Shown here: piece after piece, positions 37,119-49,789 of the stretch | How the letters are laid out: every line of letters starts with the position of its first letter | How positions within the stretch are numbered: the stretch's first letter is position 1 | From: Eledone cirrhosa | Lineage: Eukaryota | Direction: 5' to 3' | Assembly: GCA_964016885.1 (NCBI GenBank) | Contig: OZ024747.1 | Coordinates: forward strand, 30,442,001 to 30,506,000 | DNA: 64,000 nt | Program-made: the position numbers and the translations under genes | Notes under the pieces: generated by a model | Told to the model about the DNA's origin: nothing | Seen by the model: only the letters and a program-made list of their open reading frames with translations | Databases searched by the model: none

Positions 37119-39486
37119 TTTAATTTAATCAAACACCTCAAATTTAAGAGGTATAAATCTAATTTTCAAAAGGATCTTGATTCTACCCTATTGGATCTAA
37201 AAATATCTAAAAAAATCCATGTCCACTCGGACAAAACTGGAAATCTGTATCACATGGATATTGAAAATTACAATGAGTTCATATATAAAGAACTCAGGAA
37301 GAATTATAGAAAAACAAACAATGCGTCACTTACCAACATCAACAACAAAACACACAACATAGTGAATAGACTTAATATTGAAGATAGAACTGAACCTTTG
37401 GCACTGAAAAGACCACATTTCAACCTGAAAGATCATAAATCTAACTTTAACTCTAATCCTTCTATAAGGCTTATATGCCCTTCCAAATCATTAGTAAAAA
37501 TTTTTTAGATAGAGTCATCCCACAACTAAGAAAACATGTTAATTTACCACTCTGGGAAAACACATCCCAGGTAATTAACTGGTTTAATAATATTAGAAAT
37601 AGATCCTCTGCTTCATTTCTACAATTTGATATAGATAATTATTATTCTTCTATATCACCTATACTCCTGAATAAAGCCTTGATATTTGCTAAAAATAGAT
37701 CTAACTTAACTTTGGATGACATTAATATTATTACACATGCCAGACTATTGGAATTTCAAAATGAATACTGGACCAGAAACACATATAGTAATCTATTCGA
37801 TATTACTATGGGCTCAAGCGATTCTGCCCAAATTACTGATCTTGCGGGCCTCTTTCTTATAATAAAAAGCTTATTAGAACTTTCCTTAAAGACTACTATA
37901 GTCTAGATATTACAAGTAAACACAAGTAAAGTAGTTAATTTCCTTGATATAACATTAGACTTATCTACGGGTATCTACCAACCTTACCATAAACCTAACC
38001 AAAATTTACACTACATACACTCACAATCTAATCACCCTAAATCTATCCTTAAAAACCTTACATATAATATATCACTTAGAATTTCTAACCTTTCGTCTAA
38101 CCAGGATGTATTTGATAAAAATGCGACCTTTTATAACGAAGCTCTAGCTAGAAGTGGCCACAAAAATAAATTAGTATATATACCTTGTACCAATAACACT
38201 ACAAACACACAACCTAATATTACCAACAAACACCAAATGAAACATACACACCTAAATGCCACTCACACTATACCCCAAAATACCAACATAAAACCAAATT
38301 TCTCTAACTCTTCTAATATACAATATAGTAACTCTCAAAAAACCACTCATCCTACAACTCTAATAAATGGTAGTAATAAAACTCCTAATAAACAAGCTAA
38401 AACACCTAAATCAATAAATCTAACTAAAAATGTGTGTGGTGAAGTCATCAACAATAATTCTCTTAATAAACATCAGAATACATCCTATAAAAACAATAAA
38501 CAACATCGAAACCGTAATAGACGAGTTACTTGGTATAATGCTCCATTTAATTTACAAATTAAGGATAATATACCTAAAAAATTCTTTAATATCCTAGAGA
38601 AGAACTTCCCACCAAACCACAAATACCATCAAATTTTAAATAGATCAACGGTTAAATTCTCCTAGTCAACAACCAAAAACATAAAACAAAATATAAGTGC
38701 CTACAATGCATATAAATGTAAAAAGACCCATGAGTATACCACCAGTACATCAAACTAACCATAATATCTCCTCGGATACAGGATTCACGAAAAGTTGTAA
38801 CTGTAGAAACAAGGCAAACTGCCCATTAAAAGGAAATTGCCTTGTTAATAACATAGTATATACATGTAAAGTTAACACTAAGGACTCAATTTATTCATAT
38901 ATAGGAGCTACTTCTAACAAATTTAAGGTAAGATTTAATACCCACAAACATAGTTTTAAAAATGCCGCACTAGCTAATACAACATCTCTAGCTGAAATAA
39001 TTAATAATTATAGAAAGAAGAATATAGATTATGACCTGGAGTGTGCTCAAAAGGGCCACCCCTTATCAAAATAATAGATATGAATGTAGATTATGTTCCC
39101 AAGAACTTTTTGAAATAATGAAATCTAAGGATATCCTATTAAATAAGCGACAGGAATTAATAATATCGTGTAATCATAAACTGAGAAAAACCTTTAAATA
39201 TTATAAACCTAATTAATATACATTTTAGAATTTAATATATAAACTGTTTTTAATTTAGTTAACCTATAATTAATATTCTACTACTGATGAACTACATAAT
39301 TTTACTTTCCTTCTTACAACTATCATTTCCTAAAACTGATACCATTAAGTAAACATATATAATGCTTTAATTTCAGGTTATGACTCTATGTTCCTTGAAA
39401 TCTCTATATATTTATTATTTCTCACTAATAAATTTAACCCCCCCTCCCAATAATTATATGTATGTATATGTGTATATATATATGTA

Positions 39487-39571
<85 letters not shown>

Positions 39572-40482
39572 ATGTGTGTGTATGTGTATGTATATATATA
39601 TATATATTATTTTTATATTCTTTTAATTTCCCCTCATCTTTAACAGCACTCTTCAACTACATCTAACTCTTATTTATCATATCTATATGCATTAGTATAA
39701 TTTTATCAATATAAATATACCCATCAATTAAATTAATTTATATTCTTTTCATGGATGTATATTTTTTTCACTAACACTCTTATCGTAAAATTTTAGTCTC
39801 CTTAGATATTTACATTGGCATTACTATTTTATAACAGCAATTGTTCGTATACTTTTTACTGACCTGACCTATTTCCACCCCTAAAATAACCTCATTCCTC
39901 ACACTCCATTCAAAACTGAAATCTGCCTTCTTCTACCCCTAAAATAAACTTCAATTACTACTATTTTACCATTTGGCCAATTATTAACTTTCTATTGGTT
40001 AATTCTAAACGTGTTACCAAACAGACAGACTATATTAAATCTTTGTTGGTTTTATTCAATGAACAAATATAATTATTTCTGAGGTCAACATACAACCTAT
40101 TTTCATCCCTAAAATAATCTTTCATTCATAATATTCTTTTCCATCCAAAACTGAAATCTACCTTCCTCTACCCATAAATTAAGGTTCTTTTACTACTATA
40201 TTACTATCTTGACCTTCACTATCTTTCTATTGGTCAATTCAAAACCTGTTCCCAAACAGACCTATTGTATTAAATCTTTGTTTTTTTCAATAAACAAATA
40301 TCATTATTTCTGAAGACAGCATATATATATGTAGGTATGTATATTCCCTCTGATAGTTTGTATAAATATTTTACATAGATCTATAGAATATGCATACCAA
40401 CACTAACACATATATGTCCTAGAAACGATCGTAAAATGATGAATTTTTTTGATATAAGGAACTGTTTCTTTGTTTATTCATT

Positions 40483-40487
<5 letters not shown>
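37119..40487 (+). mobile_element. Decayed Naiad-type Penelope-like element (RT + CxCx5C + GIY-YIG, long 3' region with HHR), flanked by (TA)n
   Basis: HSDKTGN, LKDHK, IRLICP, QFDIDNYY, ITMGS, NFLDITLD, CNCRNKANC, VYTC..YIGATS, ECRLC. The YRDD segment is deleted relative to the 60139 copy. ~225-bp tandem duplication at 39870-40312. Confidence 0.9.
40301..40442 (+). ncRNA. Type I hammerhead motif with extended stem II and palindromic stem III in a Naiad 3' end
   Basis: tcattattt-CTGAAGA-cagcatata..ggtatgtatattc...gaatatgcatacc..tatatgtccta-GAAA-cgatcg-TA-aaatgatga. Confidence 0.75.
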
Positions 40488-40557
<70 letters not shown>

Positions 40558-40950
40558 CAAATAAAAGGCAGAGTAAGATACTCATATTAATACCCTGCAA
40601 TTAATAAGCTCTAAGTATAAATACTATATGTATAAATAAACACAGTAAATTGTGTGTGAAAAATTAATCTGTCCAGGAGATTAATAGTTATTGAAACGGT
40701 TAGTACTTCTTATCTTGTATTTTCTATTTGTTTCATAGTTTATATTCATCAAACCAATGTGGTCTTTCAACCCTAGTAAATTTAAACACACAATTTACTT
40801 TGTTTATTTCTACATATATTATATATATAAATATATATTGGTAAACGGAATAGAAAATGCTGACAAATTGTTCACAGTTGAAAAATGGTTTAATTAGGAA
40901 TAAAAGAGTATTAGTGATTGTATGGGTTAGTATTCAGTTGTGGTTTTAAG

Positions 40951-40989
40951 TTTTTACCGGTTGCGCATTTCTAAATGCTTTTCAAAAAT
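40951..40989 (-). ncRNA. Decayed minimal hammerhead (U3-A8 type; GAAA mutated to GCAA)
   Basis: Minus strand reads ttt-TTGAAAA-gcatttagaaatgc-GCAA-ccgg-TA-aaa, the same layout as 55787-55824 with a different but still paired stem II. Confidence 0.55.
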
Positions 40990-41049
40990 AATTTTGAGAT
41001 AGAGTGTCCGTGTTGTTTGCTCTGATCTGATTAGTTTTGGTAATTCTAC

Positions 41050-41298
41050 CTGTTTTTATGTTAAAAAAAGTGGCTCCAGCGTTACTTTGGTGTTGCAAAA
41101 ATTCTTGTGGTCAAAACAATTTTGATTGGTCGGTAGAGGTCATGTGAATGTAAAAAATTGATTTTGCGCCAAGACTGTTTTTATGTTAAAAAAGTGGCTC
41201 CAGCGCTACTTGGTGTTTGCAAAAATTCTTGTGGTCAAAACAATTTTGATTGGTCGGTAGATTGGTCATGTGAATAAAAAATTGGTTTTGCGCCAAGA
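41050..41298. repeat. ~125-bp tandem duplication (2 copies)
   Basis: ctgtttttatgttaaaaaa(a)gtggctccagcg...ttttgcgccaaga at 41050 and 41175. Confidence 0.9.
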
Positions 41299-41323
41299 TT
41301 GAGAAATGACTCTTTCACAACAA

Positions 41324-41362
<39 letters not shown>

Positions 41363-41809
41363 GTGTGTGTAGTAGTAGTAAGGTGTTCGATGTTGTGATA
41401 ATGGTTAGCAGCGATGTGTGTCAAATGGCTATTAAGATAAGTGTGTGTGTGTGTGTGTGTATAACAGAGTAATTCGTGGTGGCAGGGATGGTCAGTAAGA
41501 ATGTGTCTGAAAGCAATGGGGGGTATTTTAGCATGTCAAAAGATATTTTTCAGCTTTTGTCTTATACGGAGAAGTGCGTGTGTGTGTGTGTGTGTGTATA
41601 AGTCTCTTTGTATGTTAATGTACGCGTGTGTATGTGTGTGTGTATATGTGTGTGTGTGTGGGGGTGGACCAGTATTTTTTCCCCCTGGTAAAATGGTGTA
41701 CATTATTCGATTTTTTCAGTAAAATCGGTTCTCTTAATAGAACATCAAAAATCTTAACAATAAAAGGTGTGAAATGATATTCACTATATATATATAGACA
41801 TACATATAT

Positions 41810-41913
<104 letters not shown>

Positions 41914-42039
41914 CACATATATTTGTTAGTGTTGCACCATAGAGCATGTGTGTTTACGTATGTCATTGTGTTTATATGTGGGTAGAGATGTGTGCTGATG
42001 TAGGTATGTATGTTGACGTGAGTATGTTGTGGGTTCGTC

Positions 42040-42263
42040 TTAGGGAGAAGTGTTTAGACGGGGTCCGTATTTGTTAATGAAGTAAGATTCCTTGTTGATG
42101 CGCTGGGTGTGGGTGGCATTATCTTTAAATTTGTAGAGGGGAAAGATTCTGAAGTTGGGATGATTTTGGGCGGCACAGGTATCAATGTGTTCACTCAGTG
42201 GTATTTTCCTGTAATTTGGGATCTATGGACAGTCATGCGTTGGCGGAGGCTGTTTTTGGTCTG
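42040..42263 (-). mobile_element. Penelope-like (Neptune-like) GIY-YIG C-terminal fragment
   Basis: Minus-strand translation with one frameshift: [51 protein letters not shown]. Confidence 0.7.
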
Positions 42264-42963
42264 TATATATATACACACACACACACACACACATGTATTT
42301 GCACCCCCCACCCCCATCCCCCACACACATATTCTCATGCTTACATGTATTGGTATGAGCTTCTCTTTGTATATACTAAGTGCATTTGTGTATATGAATG
42401 TATCACGCAAGCATGGAAAAGCGGATGCAAAAACGATGCTGATGATATGAATCAGGACATAATGTGTATGTATATATATATATATATATTTGTATCCATT
42501 GAAACATCCGTAGATGTATAAATAAATAATAATACTAATCCTTGATCTTACTGAATTTTGAATTATATTCATATATTTATATTTATATATATATGTATAT
42601 ATACACACACATATATATACGCACATGCATATACAGTTCTACATACGCATGAATTTGAATGTGTGCTTATAAGCATATATGTTTCTATGTACAAGTATAT
42701 ATTTATATTTGCAGACATATATATGTATTTTTGTACACAAATGGGTATACATACATTTATGTGTGTGGATACATTTAAATGTATACTAGACCACTCGTCA
42801 CCCGTTGTGTCACATTCACTTTTTTTAAAAAATCATGTTCACTTAAAAATAATTTTTAAATATAATTAAAATATACAGACATATATATAATGTGAAATGA
42901 ATCTGGAAGGCCCATATATAAAGATGTGTGCATGTATATATATATATAAATGTGTGTGTGTAT

Positions 42964-43019
<56 letters not shown>

Positions 43020-43374
43020 AAGTATATATATATATGTGGGTGTCTGTGATCAGACACACACACATATATATATACACAACAACACCACCAGCTCTCTCTC
43101 TTCCATTCTCCTTCACTGTCTCCTCTCCCTCGCTCTTTCGATCTACTCTCTCACAACCACTATCTCTTTCTCTCTCTCTCTGTTTATGAAGGTACCCGGC
43201 AAAACCCCATATCTCAGGAACAAATTCTTCAAATTATGCAAAACTTGTTTTATTCCATTTGTATTCCCATTTCAAGGGCAATTTCTTTTCTAAGTATTTC
43301 CCCATTATGCACCCTTTTGGCTTTATTATATTACAGGCAAGCAAGCAATCACAGACTTTTAGTAATATATAGAT

Positions 43375-46300
43375 AGATATGTTTCTTTTATTTGCCACCA
43401 GGGCATCAAAAGTGGGACAAGTACAATGGGGGAAGTTTACAAAACAAGGCGTCCTCAATAAGGAGGAGGCAATAACAATATATAAAAATAAAATAAAATA
43501 TAACAAAAAATAAAATTTATAACAAAGTCCTCAATTGCACACACCCCCGAAAGAAAGTGTGCAACCCTTTTCCTCAGGAGCACAGAGAAGGGGTGCTCCC
43601 TTGGTCTTTCATCTTCCTCACCTATAGTCTGATGTAGAGTCAAGGCCCATTCACACGGGCCATTCTCGCCACTTTCACCCATCTTTCATAAAAACGGCTG
43701 GGGTGCAGCACCTCTCTCTCCATCCTGATCCTTCTTCCGAAATGATATCGGAAGAAACGGACCAGTTGTTGGCCAGAGAGAAAGGTGTCTGACCTCAGTC
43801 CTTTCAGACGCGTCCACCATACAACCTCTTTCGCCATGGCTATTATGCACAGAAACACTGCCTCTTCTTCGTTTTTGAAGAGGGGAGGCGGCTTGATCGT
43901 TACAATAGACTCGGTGGTCAACCGGATCGGTCCCACCCTTGACAGCAGTTGTTCAAGATAGCCCCACAGATCGGCAATGCCCGAGCAGTGTACCAATCGT
44001 GTGCAACGGTTTCCTCGTCGCACACGCATCTGGGACAGATCTTTTTTGAGGGGTCCCTACCCGGGCGCCCGTGTCTGTAGAGCCTTTCTCAAATGGGCAG
44101 AGCCCTTCTGTAGCATTGTCAGGCCAGGGACCTCTGGAAGTTATCCATGGGTCCCGGGCTGAATGTCCTACCGAACAGGTTGGCTAGTTCGTCTTCCTCC
44201 ATGCCTAGGGCTTCTACGAGAGCGTCGTCGCACCTGCTAACCACCAGCCCTCTATAGAATGACGAGGTGGATTCTCCACTTACAGCCGGGTCCGCCTGCC
44301 AGAGAGCCGTGAGCGCCTGGGCACACTCGGTGTGCCAGGCGCCCAGTTTTCTCGGTCTTTGCTTGACCCAGGATTGCAGCTCGGTGAGTGAGACGAGTCT
44401 GGGAAAGGCTCGCCTCACAAACGGGGCCCACACCGGTTGACCGGAGAGGAATACCTGAAGGTGCCGTAGCCTTAATGCGTGTTTACGTATCATTAGCCAC
44501 GGCATCCCCAGCCCTCCTTTCGAAGGGTGTTGACAGCAGATGGATCGCCTCACCATAGGAGCCCGCTTCTTCCAAAGGAATTGGAAGAGTGCGCGCTCCA
44601 TTTTGGCGAGCGTTTCCCTTGGACAAGGCACAACGGTCAGGCGGTAGTAGATGACGGACGCTATATAAGTGTTCGCCACCTCCGCCCGATCTTTCAGGGA
44701 CAGTTTGCACTCGGCCCACTTCTGGGTCAGTGCAAACACCCTGTTCGTTACCTCACCCCAGTTCTTCTCCACCTGGAGGTCTGGTCCGAACCAGACCCCG
44801 AGCAACTTCACCGGGCCCTCCATCCAGTGCCCGACGACGCCATCGAAGGGCATCGATCTGCCCCTCCACATGCCGAGTTGCAGACCGATCGACTTGTCCC
44901 GATTCAGCTTAGTCCCTGTAAACCTTTCATACTCCTCCAGTAAGGTGCAGATCGCCCCGATTTCCGAGGCCGTTGACACCATTACTGTTACGTCATCGGC
45001 GTAGGCCGACACCGCTTTCCGCAATCCCGGTTCCAACGGGATGCCCTGCAACGACTCCAACTTCCGCAGCAGTGGCTCTAGAGTCACTACATACAGAAGG
45101 GAGGAGAGAGGGCACTCCTGTCGGATGGACCGCGCGATTTCGAACGGCTCCGAGAGGTAGCCGTTCACCTTGACCCTAGAGCAGATGCGGCTGCTGTGCA
45201 TGGCATTGATCCAGCCCCTGAAAACGGGTCCGAAGCCTGCCGCCGCTAGTACCGCATCCAGGTAACCATGGTCGACCCTATCGTATGCCTTAGATTGATC
45301 CAAGTTGATCAGGGCCCCACCAAAGCCGGGTTCGTTCCCAACCCTCTCTATGATGTATCGCATGAGGTGGAGGTTGTCGTGGATGGACCTGGACGGGATA
45401 GCATATGTCTGCGCATCTCCCACCAGGTTGCCCACGACAAGCGCCTACCTCTTTGCTAGCACCTTGGCCAAAATCTGTAACTCTGTATTTAGCAGAGTTA
45501 TGGGCCTGAAATTATTTATATCGTCCCCCTTGTTCTCGTCCTTCCTCACTAGCGTGACTACGCCCTTGGTCACAGCACAGGGAATTCTCCCGTTCTGTTG
45601 CCAGTTGCAGTAAACCGCCTCGAGGAGATCGGGGAACAAATCCGGCATAGCTAGATATAGTTCGTATGGAAGACCATCGAGACCCGGGGATTTGCGTTTG
45701 CCGCATTGGCTCAGCACGTCCTCTATCTCAGCAGCTGAAATCGGCTCCTCGCAGGACTTCGCCTCCCTGTCTGAGAGACGCGGCAGGCCGTCAAGGTATG
45801 GACCGAAGTCCACATCCCCAACCGGCCCCCCGCCCCTTCCGAACAATCCGGCAAAGTGCTTTTGAAAAGCCTTGCACATCTGCTTAGTTTCAAGGATCAT
45901 CCGTCCATCCTGGTCTCGCAAAGACCGGATAGTGGATCTGCTCCCTCTTTTGGCTTCTGTCACGCGGGCCCAGCTAACAGCTTTGGTCTCCTTGTTTCCC
46001 AGAGCACGTATTTTGCTTCGGACGATGCAGCCTTCGTGTTTCGCGTCGAAGAACTGGCCCAGGGCCGTTCTCGATGCTAGCACTCTGGCCACGTCGCCGC
46101 TTCTAATTGCCTCTTCTACACTATCTACCAACTCCCTTTCCTTCCTATTTCTATTTGAGGCTAACTCCTTACTAAATTCTATAGAGACTACTCTAATCTC
46201 TCTTTTGAGAGATCCCCACCACCTGCTGTTGACGATGGCGCCCGTCAACCGCTCCTTAACTAAAGTGCTAATCCGGTCCCTGTAAGCCTTACTTGCCGGT

Positions 46301-47080
46301 AAGGACAAGTTGAGCTTCCAGTAACCGGGTCCCTGTCTATGTGTTCTGTCAAGGTTGACCATGTAGGTCACTAACTTGTGGTCTGAATAGCCAACCATGC
46401 GCATTTTTGGACAACTTAAAAAGTCCTTATCCTTAATTCTAACTAAGAACCTATCTAGGTACGACCTAGATGATCCGCTACGATTTGCCCAAGTCCAGGT
46501 TGGCGCAGTCGGAAAATCTAGTCGATATCTATCGGCCAGGTCAAATCGACCGATTAACCCTTTGAGGCTATTACACCCCTCTCTATCGGGACAGGCCCCT
46601 ACGTAGTCCCAGCGTGCATCTAGGATACCATTCCAGTCCCCCACTAATAGCAAGGAGCGGGACGTCTCTAGAAAAGTCTCCAGACGATGGAAGAAGTCCG
46701 GCCGCATTGACCCGAAAGGGCCGTAGGCGGCTACCAACCTAAACGCTCCGCCTTTACCACTGCCAAGGTCCAGAACCACTAGTCGACCCTCCGGGTCATA
46801 ATGTACCATCTGTGTTGCGAGACCCAGATGTTTTTGCAGCAGAACGTCAACCCCACCCCCACCTCCTTCAGCCATTTTTATCAAAATGAAATTTTTCGAA
46901 AGATTACATTTTTACAACACTATTTCGCCTAAAGGCGTAGAATATTTTGAGAGACTGACCAGATCAAAGTTTGACCTGGCAGTCTCTCTACAAAATGGTA
47001 CAAAAATGAAAGTTTACAGTTCACAATTTCCAGATAAATTTAAACGAAACTTACCGAGCGAGCTCAGCACATGTGTCTAT
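43375..47080 (-). mobile_element. Tx1/L1-clade LINE ORF2 (APE+RT+C-terminal), few lesions, ORF1 absent
   Basis: ORFs 45445-46884, 44119-45435 and 43640-44029: VGDWN, YLDR, YSDH, YWKLN, KSPGLDG, FRPITLLN, KAYDRVDH, YADDVT. AATAAA at 43387-43392(-). Confidence 0.9.
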
Positions 47081-48156
47081 CCCAGAGAGATGTGTGTATA
47101 CATATATGTGTTATTTTGAACACAAATAGGGCTGTTATGCATATGTGTGTATATTTATCTATGTATATACATATATATATTTTTGTACACGCTAGCATGG
47201 AAAATGAATGTTAAACGATGATGATGATGAAGTGGGTATGTATATGAAGGTGTATACATATATTTATGTGTGTGCGCATGAATCATTTAAATGTATTTTC
47301 GTAAACAAGTGTGTATACATTCGTGTATGATTTATGTCCATTTGTATATGTATCTTTGGATACTCGCATTTTTATAAAAGTCAGATCATTCAAAACAGAT
47401 TTTTGTTCTAATAAGTTCATGTATTTTTATCTTATTTATTTTGACATGTATTCTCATTTTACATATTTTCTTTATATATAAGTCTATATCAGTTACATCC
47501 CTTTTTATGCACTCTTCATTTCCTTTCCAATTTCTCATATTACTTACATTTCCAAGTTCATTCATCTTTTAATTCAAAGATTACCTTGACTATTGTTATT
47601 AAGAATATCTTTTAATATTTTTAATGGAATATATACATTCATATGTTTATTTAAACTTATTTTCTCTCAACACAATACATATTATGGTTAGCTATTCTCA
47701 CCTCAGATATATTAAGAATCCTATGGTTCACCTTAAGGTTTTACTTAATATGTTTCTCATTATTTTTCTTAATCTGGTTTCTTTTCTATTCCTACAACCT
47801 CTAGAATTTCACCAAGTATACATAAGCTTGTATCATGCATCGGTTTCAGTATGGTGTATTGTTAGTGAAACTAAATCTTAATTTCATCTTCACAATTACA
47901 GAATAAAGATATACACACAAATAATATATATATATAATACTTAATTACATAAATATTTCACATAAAAATCTAAAATCAAAATGAAAGAAAATATTAATTC
48001 AACATTAAGAAATGTGTGTCAATTGCACACACAGCACAAAAGGTGCCACCGATTCTTTCTAATACTTTCTGAAGCAACACAAGCATATATTATCTAAAAG
48101 TTTCAATCAGAAATTCACCTTTTTACTATTAAAATTTTCTTTTCACTTATCAACCC

Positions 48157-48422
48157 AAGAGCTGTACGAGAGCCTCCCAAAAGTCAGCTTGAAAGTAGCA
48201 CAGAGGAGACTAACATTAGCTGGACATGCTCACCGACATCCAGAGTTGACACTGCACTCAGTGCCCCTGCATGGACACACTAGAAGAGGGAGACCAAGGT
48301 TGACATATGCCCTAAGGACAGACACTGGTCTGTTGGAGATGCAGGACATGGCAGTGATGATGAGGGACAGAGACCACTGGAGAGAACTCATCCATGGATC
48401 TCGGGAATTTTACCCTCCCTAG
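48157..48422 (+). mobile_element. RTE-like 3' fragment
   Basis: QRRLTLAGHAHRHPE...RRGRPRLTY...MRDRDHWRE. Confidence 0.75.
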
Positions 48423-49343
48423 ATATATATATATATTATACACATTAAATACATGTACATACATACAAACATATATATACATGTACGTACATACATATGT
48501 TTAGATATTTAAAAAACAAATTGAAAATAGATGGGAAAGATTATAAGTTAACATTTCAAAGTAAAATTGTGAAAATAAACTTAGATTCCATTCGAATGAC
48601 TGATTGATATACCAGATTGCTCTAAATAACACTGTCATTTTTATTTAATTTCAGAAACTTAGGAGAGGTTTCACTCAAAATTTATTGAAAGTGCTGCAAA
48701 CTTTTTTTTTATATTCTGTTAATATTTATATATGCCACCAATGATTATATTGTATTACATTTAATATAAAGCTTCTTGAGCTTCTTTAAGATTATTCTGA
48801 ATTTTCTAAGTCTTCTTGATTATATTACATCCCTTGGGATTTAACCCTATCTTTTTATTGAACCATTTTATTGTTATAGTAATACCATTGATAACTGACT
48901 GACCCCCTTTTGTATATGTCCTCAATCTCCAGACTACTACTTTCCTTCTCCAAATCAGATTTATAGCAGCACATCATAGAAAGGAAAGAGTCCTGTAAGG
49001 TGAAAGGGCTGATGTAGCAAGTATCCTTGGTTCTTCTCCATGGCAATATTTTCACTATGTTGTCCAAGGATAAAAAATGAGATGTGCCATCCAACCAAAA
49101 GTTTTAAGGTTCAATTTCTGTTCAATTTCTTCATTTTTTAAATTTATTTTCCTTTCCTAAATACAGCTTTACGCCATTCATCATAAGGGATATACAGAGT
49201 CTAAAATGTTTTTATATCATCTGAGATGTAATCATCCCAGAAACTACAGTCTAGGAGTGAGTGTTATAATGTTGTCAAAATTTGAGGAATAAATCTTATG
49301 CTGCTCAAGATTAAGCCTGATCAGTCTTGTTATAGTTTCTGGG

Positions 49344-49375
<32 letters not shown>

Positions 49376-49640
49376 CATATATATATATACATTATACACA
49401 ATATATTAATAAATGGAAACTATATTTATAAAACCATATTTATTTTATTATATATATTTCAAGGGCAACCAAGGCAAATTATGGTGCGCTTTCATCAGAT
49501 AAACTACAGATTTGTTTTATAAATAAATATTGACATACCCGGAAAAAAAGACAACCTTAACGGTTGGAGCTTCCTGGATATGAAATTTTTAAGCTTGTTG
49601 AATCCCAACAAATTAAATATAACCTCTGCATATATATATA

Positions 49641-49758
49641 TGATGATGATGGCTGCCCCCTCGTTATCGAGTATGGCCATTGCACAAGGAGAAAGAAAAA
49701 AAAAAAGAAAAATAATAATAAATAAATAAAAAGAAAATAAAATAAAAAAAAAAAAGAA

Positions 49759-49789
<31 letters not shown>

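Noticed and set aside
38790-38845. Selenocysteine in the CxCx5C motif of the main Naiad copies
   Set aside because: All CxCx5C Cys codons are TGT/TGC in the 36 kb, 38 kb, 57 kb and 61 kb copies.
40625-40820. Short inverted repeat with GAAA-cggttag-TA as partial HHR
   Set aside because: No CUGANGA half and a weak stem III; probably another PLE terminus but not supportable.
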